DNA of 64,000 bases from the NCBI RefSeq assembly GCF_006345805.1, contig NW_021833936.1, positions 9,950 through 73,949 on the forward strand, written 5' to 3'. Positions 55,653-64,000 of the stretch are shown here, in pieces. The notes beneath the pieces are model-generated. The model was not told the origin of the DNA, did not search any database, and saw only the letters and a program-made list of their open reading frames with translations. Each line of letters opens with the position of its first letter. The first letter of the stretch is position 1. The position numbers were made by a program, and so were the translations under genes. This DNA comes from Octopus sinensis. Its lineage: Eukaryota.

Positions 55653-55734
55653 AAGAGAGAGAACATATATCAGAAAGGGAAAAGGGTGAAAATATGAGAA
55701 AATAGAAGATGATGTTGGGGGATATTGTCCATGA

Positions 55735-56154
55735 CGGCGAGCTGGCAGAAACGTTAGCACGCCGGGCGAGATGCTTAGCGGTATTTCGTCTGCCGTTACG
55801 TTGTGAGTTCAAATTCCGCCGAGGTCGACTTTGCCTTTCATCCTTTCGGGGTCGATAAATAAAGTACCAGTTACGCACTGGCGTCGATGTAATCGGCTTA
55901 ATCCCTTTGTCTGTCCTTGTTTGTCCCCTCTGTGTTTAGCCCCTTGTGGGTAGTAAAGAAATAGGTATTTCGTCTGCCGCTACGTTCTGAGTTCAAATTC
56001 TGCCGAGGTCGACTTTGCCTTTCATACCTTTCGGGGTCGATTAATTAAGTACCAGTTACGCACTGGGGTTGATGTAATCGACTTAATCCCTTTGTCTGTC
56101 CTTGTTTGTCCCCCCTCTGTGTTTAGCCCCTTGTGAGTAGTAAAAGAAATAAGG
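55735..56154 (+). mobile_element. SINE-C dimer (2 x C1)
   Basis: 13-bp TSD tattgtccatgac at 55723-55735 and 56155-56167. Confidence 0.92.
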
Positions 56155-56169
56155 TATTGTCCATGACTA

Positions 56170-56264
56170 AGGCGTTACTAGAAGTGAAGACGGTGGCGGA
56201 GGTAACGATGGTGGTGGAGATAGCGGTGGTGGTTGTGGTGGTGGTGGTAGTAGTAGTAGAAGTA

Positions 56265-56306
<42 letters not shown>

Positions 56307-56576
56307 CGACGACGGCGGCGAAGGTGAAGTTTGTTTATTGTAGTGGGTTGTACAGGTGGTGACGGTGGTTTGTTCGTTTCTTGTTGTTAGGTAGGGAAGG
56401 TCATGGCAGTAGTGGTGGTGGTGAGGGTGGTTAACGTTGTTGCCGTTCGTTTGTTGTGGTGACGGTAACAGTAGCGTCGGCGACGTTAGTGATGATAATG
56501 AGGACGTGTTGCTGGTGGTGGTCGTCGTTGTCGTTGCGGCGGTGATGGTGACGTTTTATTTATGTATCTATTTATT

Positions 56577-56609
<33 letters not shown>

Positions 56610-56619
56610 GTTATTATTA

Positions 56620-56656
<37 letters not shown>

Positions 56657-56819
56657 CATCATCATCAACATCATTATTATCATTATTATTATTATTGTTA
56701 TTGTTATTGTTATTGTTATTATTATTATTATTATTGTTATTGTTATTGTTATTGTTATTATTATTATTATTATTATTGTTATTGTTATTGTTATTGTTGT
56801 TGTTATTATTATTATTATT

Positions 56820-56857
<38 letters not shown>

Positions 56858-56874
56858 TATTATTATTATTGTTA

Positions 56875-56909
<35 letters not shown>

Positions 56910-57099
56910 GTTATTGTTATTGTTATTGTTATTATTATTATTATTGTTATTGTTATTGTTGTTGTTGTTATCATTATTATTATTATTATTATCATCATCA
57001 TCATCATCATCATCATTATTATTATTATCATTATTATTATTATTATTATTGTTATTGTTATTGTTATTATTATTATTATTGTTATTGTTATTGTTGTTG

Positions 57100-57154
<55 letters not shown>

Positions 57155-57190
57155 CATCATTATTATATTATTATTATTATTATTATTTTA
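56170..57190. repeat. Compound (GGT)/(GTA)/(ATT,GTT,ATC)n array
   Basis: Directly visible, with higher-order block repetition in 56590-57170. Confidence 0.92.
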
Positions 57191-57517
57191 TTTTTTCTCT
57201 AATATAGTTTTATGGTTTATTCAATGAGCTTATAATATACTAAAATACATAAAGCTGACTCCACATGTGCAAAGTTTAATGTATTAATGTATTATTTTTA
57301 AAAGTGCACAACTACTACGGTATTTAACTCATCGATAGGGGAGAATAAATTTCCGTTATTTGTAAAGACATCTCATTACTATTGTATAACATTATAATAA
57401 TTTCGAAATTGATATCTCAGATACAAATGATTTCAAATTTGATATGCCTTGACTTTACTTAAAGCAGTTGTTCTCAACCGGGGTCCATATGGCCCTTAGG
57501 GGTCTACTACATAAGTT

Positions 57518-57908
57518 GGTACTTTTTGGTTATCTCAACCCCATTAAAAAAGTTGGGTTATCTCCCCCAAATAAAAAAAAAATTGTTTAACTCCCAATAA
57601 AACAAAAAAAAAAGATGAAAAAATTTAATAAACATGAAAAGCGAAAAGATTAAACATCTTATTGAATCTCTATTTTTTACTCTATCTTACTCTTTTACTT
57701 GTTTCAGTCATTTGACTGTGGCCATGCTGGAGCACCACCTTTAGTCGAGCGCATCGACCCTGGGACTTATTCTTTGTAAACCTAATACTTATTCTATCGG
57801 TCTCTTTTGCCGAACCGCTAAGTTACGGGGACGTAAAAACCAGCATCGGTTGTCAAGCGATGTTAGAGGGGACAAACACAGACACACAAACATATACACA
57901 CACACATA

Positions 57909-57969
<61 letters not shown>

Positions 57970-58195
57970 GACGGGCTTCTTTCAGTTTCCGTCTACCAAA
58001 TCCACTCACAAGGCTTTGGTTGGCCAACAAATCATATTATGTATATTGAAGAGGTCAAAGGTCAACAATGTGTTGAAGTATAGAGTCAAAAGGATCTAAC
58101 CCTCTTAATTCAATCTCTTGTCGCCACATAAACTCAATATTTTAGAGGGGAGGTAAGCCAATTTTTTAATGGGGGTGAGATAACCAAAAGGTACC
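57518..58195. mobile_element. Putative non-autonomous DNA transposon with ~50-bp TIRs
   Basis: ggtactttttggttatctcaaccccattaaaaaagttgggttatctcccc at 57518-57568 is inverted at 58147-58195; superfamily not determined. Confidence 0.55.
57677..58025 (-). mobile_element. SINE-A, 5' truncated
   Basis: Homology to SINE-A. Confidence 0.88.
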
Positions 58196-58334
58196 CATAA
58201 GATATTGTTGCTAAAAATTTATCAGCAAAAAAACTGGTTATACTTCCACGATACACAAAATATTTTAATAGTTTGTATATGCAATTCCTAATGATATTTG
58301 ATTATAAAAATATAGAATCTTTTGACATCAGATG

Positions 58335-58602
58335 GTGGAGGCGCGTGGCTAAGTGGTTATGGTGTCAACACCATAATCGTAAGATTGTGGTTTCGATTCC
58401 TGGACCGGGCGACGCGTTGTGTTCTTGAGCAAAACACTTCATTTCACGTTGCTCCAGTCCACTCAGCTGGCAAAAATGAGTAACGCTGCGATCGACTGGC
58501 GTCCCGTCCAGCTGGGGAACACATACGCCATAGAAACCGGAAAACTGGGCCCATGAGCCTGTCTCGGCTTTAAAAGGGCGCATTTATTTATTCTTTTTTT
58601 TA
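58335..58602 (+). mobile_element. SINE, head D + V-like tail, full length
   Basis: gtggaggcgcgtggctaagtgg...gcgatcgactggcgtcccgtccag; TSD acatc(a/t)gatg. Confidence 0.85.
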
Positions 58603-59104
58603 ACATCTGATGGCTAGGAGGGTACATCCGTGCAAAATGGGATTCAAAGCAGTCCAGAAATTGACTTAAAATATGCTCACCGTTTTTAGCAGTAAATCCT
58701 TTGTAATTTTGGCACAAGGCCAGTAATTTTAAGAGGTGGAAGCAAGTCGATTACATTGACCGCAGTACTTCATTGCTACTTATTTTATCCGCCTCAAAAG
58801 GTAATAAAAAAAAAGCAAAGACGACTTCTACGGAATTCGAACTCACAATGTAATGAGTTGGAAGAAACGCTCCTAGGCATTCTGTCTGGTTTGCTAACGA
58901 TTCTGCCGAAATAGAAGCGGGAAAGCTTCTATAACATGAATTAAACTTGATTGTTATTGATTTAATATTATCTTTATTGGACATTGGTTATGTGAAATAC
59001 AAAGAAAGAAAATAAAGGGAAAAAAAGAAAAGAAAAGAAAAACCTTGAAAAATTAACTGACCTCTGAATTGTAAAATGTGAACTACAATATATGAATATA
59101 AACT

Positions 59105-59425
59105 AGCATTCCGTCGGTTACGACGATGATTCCAGTTGACCCGATAAACGGAACAACCGGCTCATGAAATCAACGTGCAAGTGGCTGAGCACTCCACAGA
59201 CACGAGTACCCTTAATGTAGTTTTCAGGGAGTTTGGACGTGGCACAGGATGTGATGAAGCCGACAATTTGAAATACGGGTACTTCTCATTTTTGCCAGCT
59301 GGGTTGACTGGAACAATGCAAAATAAAGTGTCTTGCTCAAGAGACACAATGCGCCGCCAGGATTTGAATTCACGACCTTACGACCGTAAGTCGAATACCC
59401 TTACCACTAAGTCACGCACCTTCAC
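59105..59425 (-). mobile_element. SINE, head D + tail T, diverged
   Basis: Homologous to 1831-2148. Confidence 0.78.
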
Positions 59426-59448
59426 TAATTTATGATTATAATACTACG

Positions 59449-59840
59449 GGTATGGCTGCGTGGTAAAGATGATCGGTATGCATCTGTGCGGTTTCAGGTT
59501 CAGTCTCACTGCGCGGCACTTTGGACAAGTGTCTTCTTCAATAGCTCCAAGTCGACCAATCTCTTGTAAGTGAATTTGGTAGACGGAAACTATGTGGACA
59601 CCTGTCGTGTACACATATGTGTATGAGAGAGGAAATGTATGTGTGTGTGTCTGTGTGCACGCGCGCAGGTGTCTGCGTGTCTGCGTTTGTCCCCCATCTC
59701 AAACCGCTCGACAACCGATCTTTTTTTGTTTACGTCCTTGTAAACTAGCGCTTCGACAAACTGGAACGATATAATAAGTACCAGACTTTTACCAGCATGG
59801 TCGCAAGCCAATGACTAAAAGAAGCAAAATATAGAAGATA
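59449..59840 (+). mobile_element. SINE-A, old diverged copy
   Basis: Colinear degenerate homology. Confidence 0.72.
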
Positions 59841-59920
59841 AAAATACTCGTATCACTTAGGTATATTAACCCAGATTTTCTAGCGAGTTTATAGCGAATG
59901 TGAGTAACTCGTGGCTAAAA

Positions 59921-60499
59921 TTCTTTTCTGCTCTAGGCACAAGGTCCGAAATTTTGGGTGAGGGAGCCAATCGATTAAATCAACCCCAGTACGCAACTGC
60001 TACTTAATTTATCGACCCCGAAAGATTAAGGTAAAATCGACTTCGGCAGAATTTGAACTCAGAACATAAAGTCAGACGAAATGCCTATTTCTTTACTACC
60101 CACGAGGGGCTAAACACAGAGAGAACAAACAAGGACAGACAAACGGATTAAGTCGATTATATCGGCCCCAGTGCGTAACTGGTACTTATTTAATCGACCC
60201 CGATAGGATGGAAGGCAAAGTCGACCCCAGCGGAATTTGAACTTAGAACGTAGCAGCAGACGAAATACCTATTTCTTTATTACCAACAAGCGGCTAAACA
60301 TAGAGGGGACAATCAAGGACAGACATAGGTATTAAGTCGATTACATCGACCCCAGTGCGTAACTGGTACTTAATTAATCGACCTCGAAAGGATGGAAGGC
60401 AAAGTCGACCTCAGGGGAATTTGAACTTAGAACGTAGCGGCAGACGAAATACCGCTAAGCATTTCGACCGACATGCTAACGTTTCTGCCAGCTCGCTGC
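59921..60499 (-). mobile_element. SINE-C trimer (C1, C1, C2)
   Basis: 184-bp period; one head, three bodies. Confidence 0.9.
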
Positions 60500-60861
60500 A
60501 TTAACTCAGGGCCAAAATTGCTACTAATACTGCATAGCTAATATATATATATATATATATGGATCCTCCGTCACTTTCAACGATGATTAATTTAACACAG
60601 TTCGATCAACTGAGTTACTCATCGAATTAGCTTGTAAATTGTTGAATATCGCAGAACACATGTACTTTTAACGTAATTCTCGGGCCGAACCAATGAGAAA
60701 TCTCTTTGGTACAAGGCTGGGCCTTTCAAATACAGACAGTCCAATCAGCGAGCTTCTACACAGTTTTTTTTTTTATTATTATTTTCTATTTAACCAATTT
60801 CACTTATAAAGTATGGAATGACCCGAAGCTATAGTAAAAGTAAATGCCATGCAATGGTATC

Positions 60862-61098
60862 TATTTCTTTACTACCCACAAGCGGCTAAACACAGAGGGG
60901 GGACAAACAAGGACAGACAAACGGATTAAGTCGATTATATCGACCCCAGTGCGTAACTGGTACTTATTTAATCGACCCCGAAAAGATGAAAGGCAAAGTC
61001 GACCTCGGCGGAATTTGAACTCAGAACGTAGCGGCAGACGAAATACCGCTAAGCATTTTGCCCGGCATGCTAACGATTCTGCCAGCTCACCGCCTTTT
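60862..61098 (-). mobile_element. SINE-C monomer
   Basis: 18-bp TSD atgccatgcaatggtatc at 60844-60861 and 61099-61116. Confidence 0.92.
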
Positions 61099-61987
61099 AT
61101 GCCATGCAATGGTATCGAACTTGGGACTCCGCCAAGACCATTTTTGAACAACACACTGCTAAAACTACTTTTGAATAGGTTACACGTAACAGCGGTGAGA
61201 CCAACCACCCAGTAGATAGCATAGCAAAGAGCATTATCATTGAACAATATAAACAACGGTAGCACAGCAGCAACAACTACAACAAAAACAAACATGCTTG
61301 AAGCGTAAGCATAATGCACTCCAGAAAACACTTCAGATTTGCTATTTCTTAATGGCTGCCTGCCTTCTCCTTTTACATATATGTACAAATAAATATTTTG
61401 AATGCTCGCAAAAAAAAAATTTAAAAAAAAAAAGACTCCACATTTGCACTTGACACGGCCCTGCCGATGAGCTACGGATAAACTCTGCAGGCGTCGTAAC
61501 AGCCGCCAATAGAGGCGAACATCTTAAGACAAATCAATGATATTTCAAGATCACATTTGCAATAGGAAAGCATATGCAAGCAACATACTGACAGACTAAC
61601 ATGTCAACATATTCATATAACAATAGGTACATAGGTACACAGCGTACATGCATACGCATCACATATACAGATATATACCATACTGCTCTTCGTTCTTACA
61701 TATCAATGATATGTAGACAGACAAAGTATTCGTGCTCATTTAGTTCACTTATGTGGGTATGCATGTAATGAGAAATGTATCGAAGTCTCTATGTCTGTGA
61801 ATACACATACACACACACACACACACACAAACACATATACACACATACATCCATACAAACGTACAAACACAAGCACACACGCAGACACACAAGCACATGT
61901 ATATATATGTATATATATATAAATACGTATTTATATATTATATATATATATATATATAATAGATATACTATATATATAACATATACT

Positions 61988-62034
<47 letters not shown>

Positions 62035-62101
62035 CATACATGTATATATATATACATATATATACACACATACGTACATATATATATTATATATAGATAG
62101 A

Positions 62102-62139
<38 letters not shown>

Positions 62140-62417
62140 TGCATGCATACATATCTGTTTATACATACTCATACAACCACACACAAACACGCAACTAGAC
62201 ACACACACACACACACACACACATCAAAGGGTCGAGTTTCGTCACATACGGTGTCACACTGATTCTACCCGAGAATTACGTTAGAGTCACATGCGACTGT
62301 GAAAAAACGTTCATCTACTTCATACGATAATTCTCTGCCAACAAGCTGGCAGTTAAGTCGGTCGATCAACTGGAATAATCATCGTCGAAATCGACGGAGA
62401 TCCACAAGTCAGCCACA

Positions 62418-62802
62418 TCTCTCTTCTGTATATAACGGCAGTTTGTCTGTGTTGTGTTTCTGTTGGTTGTACCCTCACCCTGACCACGGCTTTCAATTTC
62501 AACCGATTCTGTGAAACTTGACACACACATAGCCCAATGTCATAATCAAAACTAAACTAACGCAGCGAAAATTTTGAAAAGTTCCCCCAGTTCTGAAAAA
62601 AACGATAAATTCGACATGGGGTCGGGAATCAGGACACAAACCACAAACTGTGTAGGGGACGCAACTCCACCTTTTTTAACTATCAAAAAAAATTTACCAT
62701 CATTTTTTTCCATTTTTTTGCTATTTTTTGGCTATAACTCTCTAAAAATGCTTTATAGTTATTTCCCTTACAAACCTGAGCAACGCCGGGCGATACTGCT
62801 AG
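62418..62802 (+). mobile_element. Non-autonomous Helitron
   Basis: A|TC start, cctgagcaacgccggg hairpin, CTAG|T end at 62799-62803. Confidence 0.75.
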
Positions 62803-62928
62803 TCTTCATTAAATGCCCACGGGAACAGATGAGCATTCAAAGCGCATATGCAACCCTTACTTCAACTATCAGGCTGAGTCAATGGAACACAAAACCCGAC
62901 AAGGCTGACTCTTTGAGATGCAAATAGG

Positions 62929-63192
62929 GTGCATGGGGGTGGATGCAGATGTCTTTAAAATGAAACTTTAAAATGAAACTGGATCTTTTCTTGTCAGGTG
63001 TCCCAGATGAACCAACTCCACGGCAGGAGGTGCAGATGAGGGCAGCTGCATCGAACTCTCTCATGCACCAGATGGCATTTACTAAAAAAGCATTCGTGAA
63101 GTAAAATCATGTAGCAACACCAAATGGCGGTGCCCCAGCATGGCCACAGCTTGTGAGCTGAAACTAAATATAATAAAATAAAATAAAATAAA
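62929..63192 (+). mobile_element. 5'-truncated CR1/L2-group LINE 3' end
   Basis: Encodes ..DADVFKMKLDLFLSGVPDEPTPRQEVQMRAAASNSLMHQMAFTKKAFVK* (FKxxLDxFLxxVPDEP...SNSL motif, 13-bp internal duplication), then a short UTR, a stem-loop and an (AAATA)n tail. Confidence 0.7.
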
Positions 63193-63198
63193 TTATCT

Positions 63199-63369
63199 AG
63201 GCGCAGGAGTGGCTGTATGGTAAGTAGCTTGCTAACCAACCACATGGTTCCGGGTTCAGTCCCACTGCGTGGCATCTTGGGCAAGTGTCTTCTGCTATAG
63301 CCCCGGGCCGACCAATGCCTTGTGAGTGGATTTGGTAGACGGAAACTGAAAGAAGCCTGTCGATATAGG

Positions 63370-63402
<33 letters not shown>

Positions 63403-63652
63403 AGTATATGTATATGTATGTGTATGTGTATGTGTTTGTGTGTGTGTGTTTGTCCCTGTAGCATTGCTTGACAACCGATGCTGGTGTGTTTACGTCCCCG
63501 TCACTTAGCGGTTCGGCAAAAGAGACCGATAGAATAAGTACTGGGCTTACAAAAAGAATAAGTCCCGGGGTCGATTTGCTCGACTAAAGGCGGTGCTCCA
63601 GCATGGACGCAGTCAAATGACTGAAACAAGTAAAAGAGTAAAAGAGTAAGAG
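63199..63652 (+). mobile_element. SINE-A, full length, young subfamily
   Basis: Shares diagnostic positions with 424-830. Confidence 0.92.
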
Positions 63653-63959
63653 TATATATACCCTGAGATGCCGAACAGTTTCCATTTGCTCATTTTCGGC
63701 GACAAATCTTGGGTTGATCCAAGGTTATGGTAAAAAAGGACGCTTGTCAAAGATGCCTTTTAGTGGAATTGAAATCGGAACCTCAAGAGAGCTACCATAG
63801 TTTTGCAGAACAACAAATAGCTTATCAACAGATATAACTACAAAGAAAATGTTCCCCCACATATTCATATAGACAATCATACGACCACGGTTTCAGATGC
63901 ACATGTACGTATACATACATGCATACACACACACACACATACATACATACATACATACA

Positions 63960-63994
<35 letters not shown>

Positions 63995-64000
63995 GCAAAT

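Overview
AT-rich eukaryotic, repeat-saturated DNA with no confidently supported host protein-coding gene, rRNA, true tRNA or CRISPR array. It is probably intronic or intergenic. The SINE repertoire and extreme microsatellite density are most consistent with a coleoid cephalopod such as Octopus (inference, not verified). The window holds about 45 copies or fragments of tRNA-headed SINEs, given working names A-D here. It also holds decayed LINE pieces (RTE, CR1/L2-like, REL-endonuclease R4/Dong-like), mariner, hAT and Helitron remnants, a decayed gag/ORF1-only element and large di-, tri- and tetranucleotide arrays. Nearly all ORFs in the supplied track are translations of microsatellites or SINEs. 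The main observations are: (1) a Penelope-type foldback with a type I hammerhead ribozyme motif at 3.5 kb; (2) a LINE 3' end sharing a covarying terminal stem-loop with SINE-A at 63 kb; (3) a gag-only element bounded by short direct repeats at 11.6-13.9 kb; (4) SINE-C multimers enclosed by single target-site duplications; (5) a head/tail mix-and-match SINE system; and (6) several foldback structures. Element boundaries were read by eye and may be off by a few bases, more for diverged copies.
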